NCBI GenBank assembly: GCA_036339465.1
Contig: JAYZAY010000059.1
Span: forward strand, 46,471 to 110,470
DNA length: 64,000 bases
Direction: 5' to 3'
From: Myxococcota bacterium
GTDB taxonomy: Bacteria > Myxococcota > XYA12-FULL-58-9 > JABJBS01
In this document: positions 1 to 9,203 of the stretch, piece after piece
How the letters are laid out: every line of letters begins with the position of its first letter
Position numbering within the stretch: the stretch's first letter is position 1
Position numbers and translations under genes: made by a program
Notes under the pieces: generated by a model
Told to the model about the DNA's origin: nothing
What the model saw: only the letters and a program-made list of their open reading frames with translations
The model's database searches: none

Positions 1-1077
1 TGTGCGGTGCCGGTGGCTCCCTTGCCGTGCATCCGTATTCTCAAGGATTCGTTGCATCATTTGATTGAGCATCGGGACTGATGCTTTTGGTTCAGCTAGG
101 GCCTCGAAAGTGAAGAGGCCTTCAATGAGTAGAATACCATCTGGATTTGCCTCGGCATCAAGTGTGCTGACGGCGACTCGATTAAGGGGCCCGGTTCGAT
201 AAAGCCACGACTCGACTTTACTTTTTTGAATCTTAAGAAATGGTGCCTTGGCGAGCTCTCGTAAACTGTCTTCCTCGTTGAGGCCCAGTTCAAGACTGGT
301 TTCTACCAAGCTTTCTTGATTACCTATGCCTAGATTCATCGTATTGTTTTGCGCCTCTTCCTTCAAGGCGATCCATTTTGTGCCTAAGACGACGAAATGC
401 TTTGATTGTAGCCAATCGAGAAATTGCGCGTATGTTTGGTATTGGTGATTGTTCTCCTTTTCTGCTTGCGCGTAAAATGTTTTTGCACATTTTGTGAGCG
501 AATCTTGCATGCTGGGATAGTCGAGAACGGAAAGTTGGATTTGTTTTAGCCGGGCCGAAATACATTCGACAATGCTCTTTTGTCTTTCGAGTAAGTTCTC
601 ACCTTCAATTTCAGCCCAGAGGAAAGATTCGGGCTCTTGATCTTCGATTCCTAGCCCAGTGATTCGGCCGGAGGATGTTTCTCGACGAACGGGGATGATC
701 GTGTTGAAACTTCTGAGGATTTTAACGCTTTTCCATTCGAGGGCCAGGCGAATCACAGAGATAATAAATGGCTGATCTTTGGATGCAGTGATCAAGATAG
801 CGCGTGTATGTGTTCCGTCATCGATGGGCTTCATTTGAACGATGATTTCTTCATCACGTCGATCGAGGCAGGTTACAAGTAGTTGCTCGATCGCTGGTAG
901 GAGTTCCTTTGGGGGGTGTTTTTCTAGATAACGGCCATCGAGCGATCGGGATAGTTGTCTTGCAAAAAGAGGATATAGGTCTTCTAGTTCCTCGGCCTTT
1001 GCCGGAACATAGGTGTCGACTGCAGCTAGATAGGCTACGACTTTATCGGAAAATCTATGTGATGAGTTCTCTATCAT
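1..1077 (-). CDS. gdhB: Large NAD-specific glutamate dehydrogenase, N-terminal part; runs off the window edge
   Basis: Hand translation gives an open minus-strand frame from ATG 1077 to position 1 (MIENSSHRFSDKVV...). Motifs DQPFIISVIR, QFLDWLQSKHFVVLG, NLGIG, KSKVESWLYR, GLFTFEA and GSH match the N-terminal region of large bacterial NAD-GDH. Not in the ORF track because there is no stop in the window. Confidence 0.8.
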   Translation of the reverse strand, partial: MIENSSHRFSDKVVAYLAAVDTYVPAKAEELEDLYPLFARQLSRSLDGRYLEKHPPKELLPAIEQLLVTCLDRRDEEIIVQMKPIDDGTHTRAILITASKDQPFIISVIRLALEWKSVKILRSFNTIIPVRRETSSGRITGLGIEDQEPESFLWAEIEGENLLERQKSIVECISARLKQIQLSVLDYPSMQDSLTKCAKTFYAQAEKENNHQYQTYAQFLDWLQSKHFVVLGTKWIALKEEAQNNTMNLGIGNQESLVETSLELGLNEEDSLRELAKAPFLKIQKSKVESWLYRTGPLNRVAVSTLDAEANPDGILLIEGLFTFEALAEPKASVPMLNQMMQRILENTDARQGSHRHRT

Positions 1078-1246
1078 GGTGTATCATTACCTTGAGGTTG
1101 GAATCCTATTCTATTTTACCGCACCTCCACTTCTAAGCCAGTATTGTAATATTTTTTCATCTGTTTTGAGGCGAGATGGGTGTCTTTATAGGGGATTGGG
1201 CATGGTTGTGGTGAGGGGGACAAGGAGAATTTTGTGACTTGAGAAC

Positions 1247-2713
1247 CTATAAATCTTCAGGAAGCGCATATACCAAGGAGATAGGGGGATTTTCGGTCAT
1301 TTTACTGATCGCCTCGAACCAAGGGGTGATTTGTAGCCCCTCTACGACCCAAAGTATCGGACTTTTTGGGGCCAAACTTAGAACCAGATGCGCCAAGACT
1401 CTCTCTTGGAAGAGTTTGACGATATGCCCATGGAATCCTCCAAGAATTGATTCCGGTAGGGTGAGTGTGACTTCGTCCACCTGGATTTCGTTGATATTTT
1501 GGGCGCCTTGGAGAATACCTGAAAAGGTTTCTACCAGTTGATGGTGGTGAAATTCACTGTCGCTTAATTCATAGCCAAGCTCGTCCGAAATGGTAGGGAT
1601 GAGGGTTTTTCTGAGTTGAAGAAGTAGTTGTTCAATGGAAAGCTCAGGGAGCCTGAGGGAGATCCCAGGGGCTTGTGGTGTATCAGCTGAATATTGATAG
1701 GCGCTAAATTCCCATAAACCTTGTCGAATATAAGTATAACCGTCCTTCTTTTCCCTGTTTCCACCGAATTTCTCAAAAGCATATCGGCTCTCGGGAATGG
1801 CTGTGAGCCTAGGGTCACCAAAATCTAGAGTGTTGAAATTTTCGAGTTCAAAGTCAGGAACAATGCATTTGATTTGTAGATTGGTCTCGGTCGTTGACGA
1901 TGGGAGTAATTGGGGCAGAGCTTCGTATGAGAATTGTTGTGTTCGCCCGTTTCCTAGGGCTTCGAAGACAGTGGTTGAAACCAGCTCTGGTTGTTCCCGG
2001 GTCAACAAACCGCAGTTTAAGAGTCGCGGCCCAAAAGTGCAGTCGAATTCAAGGATATTTGGAGTATCGCTTGCCAATGCTTCGGGTTCAGTTGTTCCCA
2101 GTGATTCAGCAGGTTCTTCTGCCTGGGAAAGCATTTCTTTGCTCTCTTGAGTGTGGCACGAGGTCTTTTGTTCGTGAGAGATTTCTGATTCGAGTTTTTC
2201 CTTCTGCATCAAGATTTCGAGGTCATTTGATGGGATTTTTTCTTCGATATTCCTGCGAAGACTCACAGGTTCATCTTGTTCTTCGAACAGTTGTCCGTAG
2301 AGGTCGGTCAGACTCTCTGCTTCGAATCGCGCGAGGTCGGGATTGGCCTCTCTCACCCCCCCTCCTGTGGCTTTGGGGAGATGAGCAATGAGATATCGCT
2401 CGATGTGGCGGGAAGCCTTTCCTGCGAATGATGAAAAATGGAGTCCGATTCCACTTGGTTGTCCGCTTTCATGGGCTTCGGAAAGATTTCGGAGCCAGTG
2501 AACGATTCCTATCCCTTGTATTTTCTCCTTGGGACGTTCCAACTCGAAGTTAAACCGAACGCTATCGCCGATTCGGGGTAATTCTCTGGTTTGAACAAAC
2601 ATTCCCGTGGCGGAGAGATCACGAATTGTGGCGATGACCACGACCTGGCGATCCGGATAGCGCATGGTAATTGATATTGCGACAGGCACGCGCGGTGCCC
2701 CGGTTTTTTCCAT
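1247..2713 (-). CDS. PilZ-domain protein with long uncharacterised C-terminal region
   Basis: N-terminal PRVPV...IRDLSATGMFVQT...GIGLHF is a PilZ fold of the myxobacterial type; the remaining ~370 aa were not recognised. Confidence 0.8.
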   Translation of the reverse strand: MEKTGAPRVPVAISITMRYPDRQVVVIATIRDLSATGMFVQTRELPRIGDSVRFNFELERPKEKIQGIGIVHWLRNLSEAHESGQPSGIGLHFSSFAGKASRHIERYLIAHLPKATGGGVREANPDLARFEAESLTDLYGQLFEEQDEPVSLRRNIEEKIPSNDLEILMQKEKLESEISHEQKTSCHTQESKEMLSQAEEPAESLGTTEPEALASDTPNILEFDCTFGPRLLNCGLLTREQPELVSTTVFEALGNGRTQQFSYEALPQLLPSSTTETNLQIKCIVPDFELENFNTLDFGDPRLTAIPESRYAFEKFGGNREKKDGYTYIRQGLWEFSAYQYSADTPQAPGISLRLPELSIEQLLLQLRKTLIPTISDELGYELSDSEFHHHQLVETFSGILQGAQNINEIQVDEVTLTLPESILGGFHGHIVKLFQERVLAHLVLSLAPKSPILWVVEGLQITPWFEAISKMTENPPISLVYALPEDL

Positions 2714-2717
2714 GGTG

Positions 2718-5699
2718 TTAATCCGTTGTGGATGCTTTTTCCTTTACGAATCCTTCGACTGCTTCAAAGAGGTTTTTGGTCTTTTCTGGGGTTGTCCCAC
2801 CCCCTTGGGCTAAGTCTGGTTTTCCGCCACCTCGCCCACCTACGATGGGGGCAAATTCCTTCATCATTTTTCCGGCATTAAACGTTTTCATAGCATCTTT
2901 GGTTACTCCAATTAAGAGACCTAGCTTGCCATCATTCTGGCTCGTTAAGCAAATCACCGACTTTGATAGTTTGGAGCGCAGGCCGTCGGCGAGTTCACGC
3001 ATGTCTTTGGAAGGGATCTCGCCGAGTTCGACCATAATGAGCTGATAATTATGTACTTGTTTGGCTTCGCCCAAAAGTTTGTCAGCGAGTGAATTAAGTT
3101 CTGAGCTTTGATTTTGCCGTTCTAGTTTTTCGTTTGCTCGGTTCGTCTTTTGAATGGTTTGGACCGCCCCCAAAAAGTTGCGGCTGGTATCGGTTTTGAG
3201 TTGAACGTCACCGAAATCTTGCCCGTTCATGAGGCGCGTTAGAGCAACCCACGTGTTCCTAATTTCTTTGGCTTCCGGAAATGCAAATTTTTCAGATTGG
3301 GGAAATGGGGTTGTTTCATAATTTGCTGATTGGGGAGTAGTCCCTATCTTTTCGAGTTTCGTTTTTCGTTCTTGGTAGTTTTGCATCAAATTGCGAACCG
3401 CGGTGACGATGGTGTCACTATGGAGGGGCTGATCGTGGGTCGGGTTTTCGAGATACTTTTGAAGCTCTTGAAGTTTCTTGTGTAGGGAAAGGATACGTTT
3501 TTGGGCAGCATCGCCCACTTCGGCTTCGATTCGGCGCACGCCACTCGCGATAGCTTCTTCTTTTTGGATGAGAAGTAACTCTATATCTTTGGTGTTATTG
3601 ACATGGGTTCCACCACAGAATTCGATTGAATTTCCCATGGTGATGATGCGAACCAAATCGCCGTATTTTTCTCCAAAGAGCGCCATGGCACCCTTTTCCT
3701 TTGCTTTTTCAAAAGGGAGGATATCGGTACTGACAGGAAGTCTCGCTTGTACCGCCTTGTTGACGATTGCTTCTACATGTTCGAGAGATTCAAACGGTGT
3801 TGATTCAAAGTGTGAATAATCAAAGCGTAGTCGTGATGATTCAACTAAAGATCCAGCTTGGGCTACATGATTTCCGAGAACGTCTCGAAGTGCTTCATGT
3901 AGTAGGTGAGTCGCCGAGTGGTGGGCTCTTAGTTGGCGGCGTTCATGGACCGCATATCCAGCCCAGACGTGGTCATCCGGGCGGAGGTTCTCGGTATTGG
4001 TTTCTCCCCGACCCACAGTAAGTTCAGAGATGGGCTTTCGGGATTCGCTAATGGTGACAATTGGTTTGCCGTCTAAGTCAAAGATCATGCCCCGGTCGCC
4101 GAGCTGTCCGCCGGATTCCCCATAGAATGGAGTCGGATTCAGAACAACTTCGATGGAGCCCGGTTGGGAATTTTCGGTTTCCTGGTTCCGCTGAATGATG
4201 GATTTTATTTGAGTTTTGGTGGTTAGGTATTCAATTCCGTCAACTTCGAATATCTGCCATTCACCACTACGCTCAGCCAACGGGACTTGTTCATCGGGAT
4301 AGCCCACAAAAGAAATTTGACCGAGATTTTGGGCGATTTCCATGTAAACATCGGCCACCGCTTCTTCGCCTATTTTGGAGTTTCGGCTACGTGAGCGCTG
4401 TTGTTCCATGGCGGCATCGAAACCTGCATGGTCGATGGATAGAGAGTGCTCCGAAGCGATTAGCTCTGTGAGATCTTTGGGAAATCCGTAGGTATCGTAA
4501 AGCTTGAAAATAGTTTCGCCGGAAAGTGTTTTTTCTCCATCGGGTAAATGACGGATCTCTTCGGATAGGATTCTAAGGCCGGAATCCATCGTTCGACGGA
4601 AGTTTTGCTCTTCTAGATCCACTACTTTTTGGATTAAAGAGGAAGCTTCTTTGAGTTCGGGATAGACAGGACTGAGTTGCTCCACAACGTCTTTACATAT
4701 TTTACTGAGGAATAGCTTGTCGAAACCCAGGCGATGTCCATGGCGAATCGCGCGGCGCATGATTCGCCGCATGACATAGCCCCGACCTTCATTTGAAGGC
4801 TGTAGGCCATCAGCAATCAGAAAAGCACTGGTCCGAGCATGATCGGCAATGACGCGCATTGAGACATCGTCTTCGGCATTACTCGACTGATATTTCTTGC
4901 CGACAAGCTCACTGGTTTTATGTATGAGCTCCTTGAAGGCATCGGTATCGTAGTTTGTATTGAATCCAGAGATAACCGCAGCCAATCTTTCTAGTCCCAT
5001 ACCCGTATCCACGGATGGTGCAGGAAGAGGGTTTAGAAGACCGTCGGCACTTCGCTCGAATTGCATGAAGACGTTATTCCAAATTTCGATGACTCTACCG
5101 TTTTCGAAATCGTCTGGAGTAGGGTCCGAACCTGTTTCGGTATCAAAGTGTATTTCTGTGCAAGGTCCACAGGGACCCGTGTCTCCCATCATCCAAAAAT
5201 TGTCTTTCATTCCCATTTCAATGATTCGATGATCTGACAGTCCAGAAATTTTCTTCCACAGGGACTTAGCTTCGGCGTCTGGGGGGATATCTGAGGTGCC
5301 CTCAAAAACAGTCACCCAAAGCTTGTCTTTTGGAACCTGGAGTTCTTTGGTTAAGAATTCCCAGGCAAAGTGTATCGCTTCTTCTTTGAAATAATCGCCA
5401 AAAGAAAAATTTCCAAGCATTTCGAAGAACGTGTGGTGTCTATTTGTGCGTCCAACTTGTTCGAGGTCGTTGTGTTTACCAGATACTCTAAGACATTTTT
5501 GAGAAGTTGTGGCGCGACTGTAGGCGCGTTTTTCGCGGCCGACAAATAGGTCTTTGAACTGAACCATACCAGCGTTGACAAACATCAAAGTTGGGTCGTT
5601 CGCTGGAATCAGGGGCGAGGATTTTACAATGGCGTGGTTTTGTCGCGCAAAATAATCTAGGAAAGCTTGTCGAAGCTCAATTGTTGTTTTTATTGTCAT
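2718..5699 (-). CDS. alaS: Alanine--tRNA ligase
   Basis: Motifs DPTLMFVNAGMVQFK, RHHTFFEMLGNFSFGDYFK, GPCGPC and DTGMGLER; editing motifs HSATHLLH and EFCGGTH; C-Ala GGRGGGKPDLAQGGG. ATG 5699 preferred over TTG 5798 because homology starts at MTIKTT. Confidence 0.98.
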   Translation of the reverse strand: MTIKTTIELRQAFLDYFARQNHAIVKSSPLIPANDPTLMFVNAGMVQFKDLFVGREKRAYSRATTSQKCLRVSGKHNDLEQVGRTNRHHTFFEMLGNFSFGDYFKEEAIHFAWEFLTKELQVPKDKLWVTVFEGTSDIPPDAEAKSLWKKISGLSDHRIIEMGMKDNFWMMGDTGPCGPCTEIHFDTETGSDPTPDDFENGRVIEIWNNVFMQFERSADGLLNPLPAPSVDTGMGLERLAAVISGFNTNYDTDAFKELIHKTSELVGKKYQSSNAEDDVSMRVIADHARTSAFLIADGLQPSNEGRGYVMRRIMRRAIRHGHRLGFDKLFLSKICKDVVEQLSPVYPELKEASSLIQKVVDLEEQNFRRTMDSGLRILSEEIRHLPDGEKTLSGETIFKLYDTYGFPKDLTELIASEHSLSIDHAGFDAAMEQQRSRSRNSKIGEEAVADVYMEIAQNLGQISFVGYPDEQVPLAERSGEWQIFEVDGIEYLTTKTQIKSIIQRNQETENSQPGSIEVVLNPTPFYGESGGQLGDRGMIFDLDGKPIVTISESRKPISELTVGRGETNTENLRPDDHVWAGYAVHERRQLRAHHSATHLLHEALRDVLGNHVAQAGSLVESSRLRFDYSHFESTPFESLEHVEAIVNKAVQARLPVSTDILPFEKAKEKGAMALFGEKYGDLVRIITMGNSIEFCGGTHVNNTKDIELLLIQKEEAIASGVRRIEAEVGDAAQKRILSLHKKLQELQKYLENPTHDQPLHSDTIVTAVRNLMQNYQERKTKLEKIGTTPQSANYETTPFPQSEKFAFPEAKEIRNTWVALTRLMNGQDFGDVQLKTDTSRNFLGAVQTIQKTNRANEKLERQNQSSELNSLADKLLGEAKQVHNYQLIMVELGEIPSKDMRELADGLRSKLSKSVICLTSQNDGKLGLLIGVTKDAMKTFNAGKMMKEFAPIVGGRGGGKPDLAQGGGTTPEKTKNLFEAVEGFVKEKASTTD

Positions 5700-5818
5700 G
5701 GGCGCTTGGGTAACACAAGGGGGTGGCGGACGGCAATCCGCACAGTTGAGTTCGGTGGCTCTCGTTGCCCGAAGTGGTACTTCCGTTGCCCAAGACAAAA
5801 CTGCGAGGGTACGGGTAC

Positions 5819-6001
5819 CTACTCGTCTAAGAGGCCCTTATCGACGTTGAAGTAATGGCCATCATCGTCTTTGATTAGATAATGATTTTCCCAGGTTTCT
5901 AGGATTTCGATTTCATCGCCGGCCGAAAATTCTGCTTCCTCTACGTCCCCATCCTTAGTGGTGATAAACTTCAGAGTGGTATCTGTTTTGAAATTTGCCA
6001 T
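5819..6001 (-). CDS. Small acidic protein (60 aa), SH3-like pattern
   Basis: ATG 6001 preceded by GAGGAG SD; FSAGDEIEILETWENHYLIKDDDGHYFNV resembles an SH3 beta-barrel pattern. Confidence 0.65.
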   Translation of the reverse strand: MANFKTDTTLKFITTKDGDVEEAEFSAGDEIEILETWENHYLIKDDDGHYFNVDKGLLDE

Positions 6002-6166
6002 TTCTAGGGTCTCCTCGAAGATCTTCGTGATTGAAACTCGGTAATCCACTTGGGGAAAAAGCGCAAGAAATCCCAAGGTTCTTTTTTATCGACATGGGAC
6101 TAAAGTGTTTAATACCAGACACTTAAGGTTTTTTAGACAAAGGCTAAATTGGCTTCATTTTTTTTC

Positions 6167-6194
6167 TTGACACCATGACGCGTTGTGTTATAGC
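6167..6194 (+). promoter_or_regulatory. Putative sigma70 promoter of the phasin-like gene
   Basis: TTGACA (6167-6172), 16-nt spacer, then TATAGC (6189-6194) with a TG extension, preceded by a T-rich tract. Confidence 0.5.
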
Positions 6195-6266
6195 GTCTGT
6201 TGACGCAGAGCAGCATTTCGGTGTCGGGGGAGGTCTTAAAGCAGTGGCTTCCCCAAAAATTAGGAG

Positions 6267-6776
6267 ATGACGATGTCAGCAACAAAATCTACAGCTAAAA
6301 AGGCGCCCAAGAAGAAATCAGCGTCTGATACACAAAAAACTAAGCAAACGCCTACCTTTAAGGCCATTGATTCTAGAGCTAAAGCTACAGAATCGGCCAA
6401 AGAGTGGTTGAACATCCTTCAAACGAAAATAAAAAGCTTTGCCGAAGCCGAAGAGGGATTGGTCGCGGCGGTTAAGGACATGGTCGAAGAAAAAGGTTTG
6501 AATGCTTCAGAGGTAAAGAACTCTCTGGATCAATTTATGGGTCGACTGAAAGCCAATGAGCTTTGGGAGCAAGTGCGAGGTAGCGGCACAGTTGTGACAT
6601 TGAGCGACTACCGGAACGAGCTGGAGCAGCAAGTTGAGAATATTGTAACGCGCGTTTTGTCTGCTTTCCAGATTGCCAAGTTGTCAGACGTAGAAAGTGT
6701 TTCTAAGCAATTTAAGTCCTTGAATCGCAAGGTCAATGAGATGAACCAGCGACTCAAGACCCTTGAGACCGAATAA
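6267..6776 (+). CDS. Phasin-like (PhaI/PhaF-type) granule-associated coiled-coil protein
   Basis: AGGAG SD; Lys/Ala-rich N-terminus; C-terminal VTRVLSAFQIAKLSDVESVSKQFKSLNRKVNEM matches the PhaI/PhaF-type C-terminal helix pattern. Confidence 0.65.
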   Translation: MTMSATKSTAKKAPKKKSASDTQKTKQTPTFKAIDSRAKATESAKEWLNILQTKIKSFAEAEEGLVAAVKDMVEEKGLNASEVKNSLDQFMGRLKANELWEQVRGSGTVVTLSDYRNELEQQVENIVTRVLSAFQIAKLSDVESVSKQFKSLNRKVNEMNQRLKTLETE

Positions 6777-6969
6777 TTTGATTTTCCTCGGAAACATCGC
6801 TTTTCCCAGCAAGTTTCCTTGGTGATGCGCCGACATGGTAGTTTTCCCCCTTCCCCAAAGTTGCTTTATGTCGGCGCGTCTTTTCCTCTTGATATCCCTT
6901 TCTTGTTCGTGAAAATACAGTCGTATCTGCCCACCCCAAAAACCGATCGGGTAACGGAGAACTTATTTC

Positions 6970-7356
6970 ATGTTAGCGACCAAGACCACAGAGGGAATCG
7001 AAGTTCAGGGAGAGTCTTTTTTTGTTCCTGAGCGATCAGCACCGCAGCGAAATGTCTATTTTTTCGCCTATAGGATCCGCATATTGAATCATAGTTTGAA
7101 AACGGTTCAGTTATTAACTCGACATTGGGTGATTACCGACGGTGCTGGCGTGGTTCAAGAGGTTCGCGGTGCTGGCGTGATTGGAGCTCAGCCAACCCTA
7201 GGACCGGGGGACAGTTTTTCCTATACTTCCGCTTGTCCATTGGGGACTCCAGTGGGAACCATGGAAGGCTCCTATCGGATGGAGATCGAGTCGGATTCCT
7301 TTCTGGATGTTGCGATTCCTGCGTTTACTTTGGCGGCACCAAATTCGTTGAATTAA
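6970..7356 (+). CDS. apaG: ApaG / DUF525 protein
   Basis: YFFAYRIRI, VQLLTRHWVITD, EVRGAGVIGAQP, FSYTSACPLGTPVGTMEGSY. Confidence 0.96.
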   Translation: MLATKTTEGIEVQGESFFVPERSAPQRNVYFFAYRIRILNHSLKTVQLLTRHWVITDGAGVVQEVRGAGVIGAQPTLGPGDSFSYTSACPLGTPVGTMEGSYRMEIESDSFLDVAIPAFTLAAPNSLN

Positions 7357-7367
7357 CGGATTTTCTC

Positions 7368-9041
7368 TTATTCTCTGGTCTCGTTAAACAGCGCGCATGA
7401 GCCTAGGAGCAAGCCTTCGAATAGGGTGGCGATTTGTTTATCTCTGATGCACTCGTTTTGGGTGTGTCCGGTGTATTGATCTTCGGGAAGGGAGGGCCCG
7501 AAGTTGATGGCACCCGGAAAGAGTTTTGCATAGGTTCCACCCCTGACCGATTTTGCTTTATTGATTTGGTCGTTACTCACTTTTCGGTATGCCTTCAACA
7601 GAATTCTGGGGAGCGGAGAGTCTGGGGATGTAAAAGTGGCTTCTCCGACGTACGGCTCACGAACCATTTTGAGCTGCCAACCGAAATTATCTTGAAGGTT
7701 GTGTTTGACGGATACCAGCTTGTCTTTAAAATTTTCAGAGGATTCTCCTATGGGGCGGCGAATGTTAATGCCTACTAGAATCGTTTTTTCTTGATGCTTT
7801 AGAATTGTCGGCGCAATGACGAGTTTTCCCATGAGTGGGTGTGTCGTTGAGATACCAAGTTTTGCTCCGTAGTGGTCATTGGTCAAAAACTTATCGATGA
7901 ATGTAAGGGCATCTAGGGTCGGGGATGGGTTGACGCCTAAAGACGTTACTAAGGAAGCTAGAAACCATATTGGGTTGCTACCTTCTTCTGGGGTTGAGGC
8001 ATGGGCCGCCCGGCCCTTCACACGGACCATCAGCCATCGTTCCAAGGAATTTGATTCTAGAGAAACTTCGAACGCATCCGCAGGAAACGTTTTTGATATT
8101 TTTTCAATGTGATCTCGAACCATTTCATTGGCTTTTTCTAGTGATAGAGGGGCGTCAATGCCGATTCGGATGATTCCATCGGGTGGGATTTGATTCAAAG
8201 TTTGGCCAGCGCCAGCAAAGTCAAGATTGAATGGTGATGTCTTTGGAAGGGTTAAGCCGGTTTGTCCGAATTCGAGATACCAAGAGACATATCCAAATTC
8301 GCCATTAACGATTGGAAAGCTGGAATCGAGAGAGATCGGAAACGGGATCCTTGGAGTTTTTTCCGCGAAGGTCTCCATGCCCTTCCAATTGGTCTCTTCA
8401 CCCGTACCGATGAGAAGTGAAATATTCTTTTTGTAATGGGCCGCTGTGGTTTTTAGTATTGGGAGTAAGGTCATGGCGACAGCGATTGGCCCTTTGTTAT
8501 CCTCGCTCCCTCGGGCACACCAGCGGTCCGATTTTCGTACCAATTGAAAGGGGGTGGTCATGCTATTGGTGGCGGGAACGACATCAGCGTGGGTTATATA
8601 AGCGATATCCCTGGGACCCGAGCTTGTGGATATTTCCCAAACTTCATCATCTTGGTAGCTGGTGAATACTAGATTGAAGTGATTTGCCCAATCCATCAGG
8701 AATTGCTTCATTTTTAGAAATCCGCCATGTTCATTGGGGCTTTCATTTATTCGTACGGTACGGAATTGGACGAGTTGTTTGAGATAATGCAAGATTTGGG
8801 CTTTCCAGCAGGGGTGCTTGAGTGGGAAGGCATGTAAATCTGCGGAGGTAACAAGGGGGTGATGGGTATCGACGGAGGTACAGCTAGGGATGGACTGGGG
8901 GTTCCATTGGCTTTGAACATTCGCTGCTTGTGGGGAGGATGGTGTTTGTGCGTAAAGAGGAGGGGGCTTAAGGCTGTTGTGGGCCAAGGGGACCAATAGC
9001 AAGGCCCCTATCCCAAAATTTCGCGCGAGGAGTTTGTTCAT
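7368..9041 (-). CDS. M20-family metallopeptidase (PepV-like dipeptidase), probably exported
   Basis: HADVVP, ARGSEDNKG, GEET, AAHASTPEEG, GGTYAK, FGP and GHTQNE motifs; hydrophobic N-terminal signal-like segment. Start is ATG 9041 or TTG 9047. Confidence 0.88.
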   Translation of the reverse strand: MNKLLARNFGIGALLLVPLAHNSLKPPPLYAQTPSSPQAANVQSQWNPQSIPSCTSVDTHHPLVTSADLHAFPLKHPCWKAQILHYLKQLVQFRTVRINESPNEHGGFLKMKQFLMDWANHFNLVFTSYQDDEVWEISTSSGPRDIAYITHADVVPATNSMTTPFQLVRKSDRWCARGSEDNKGPIAVAMTLLPILKTTAAHYKKNISLLIGTGEETNWKGMETFAEKTPRIPFPISLDSSFPIVNGEFGYVSWYLEFGQTGLTLPKTSPFNLDFAGAGQTLNQIPPDGIIRIGIDAPLSLEKANEMVRDHIEKISKTFPADAFEVSLESNSLERWLMVRVKGRAAHASTPEEGSNPIWFLASLVTSLGVNPSPTLDALTFIDKFLTNDHYGAKLGISTTHPLMGKLVIAPTILKHQEKTILVGINIRRPIGESSENFKDKLVSVKHNLQDNFGWQLKMVREPYVGEATFTSPDSPLPRILLKAYRKVSNDQINKAKSVRGGTYAKLFPGAINFGPSLPEDQYTGHTQNECIRDKQIATLFEGLLLGSCALFNETRE

Positions 9042-9203
9042 TGGCAAGCCATGCCCAGACTTTCTGTGAAAATCAATGATTTCGAAATACTGGTTACGGA
9101 TGACATTGGCTGAGCTTTTCGTTATGAGTCTTAATTTTCAGAGGGGTGCCATGTTGGTTCTGGTTGCTATGTATTTCACTGAGACCCATAGGCGAGCAAT
9201 CGG

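Noticed and set aside
96..1136. Short ORFs 96-293, 320-565 and 909-1136
   Set aside because: Shadow frames of the partial NAD-GDH gene on the minus strand.
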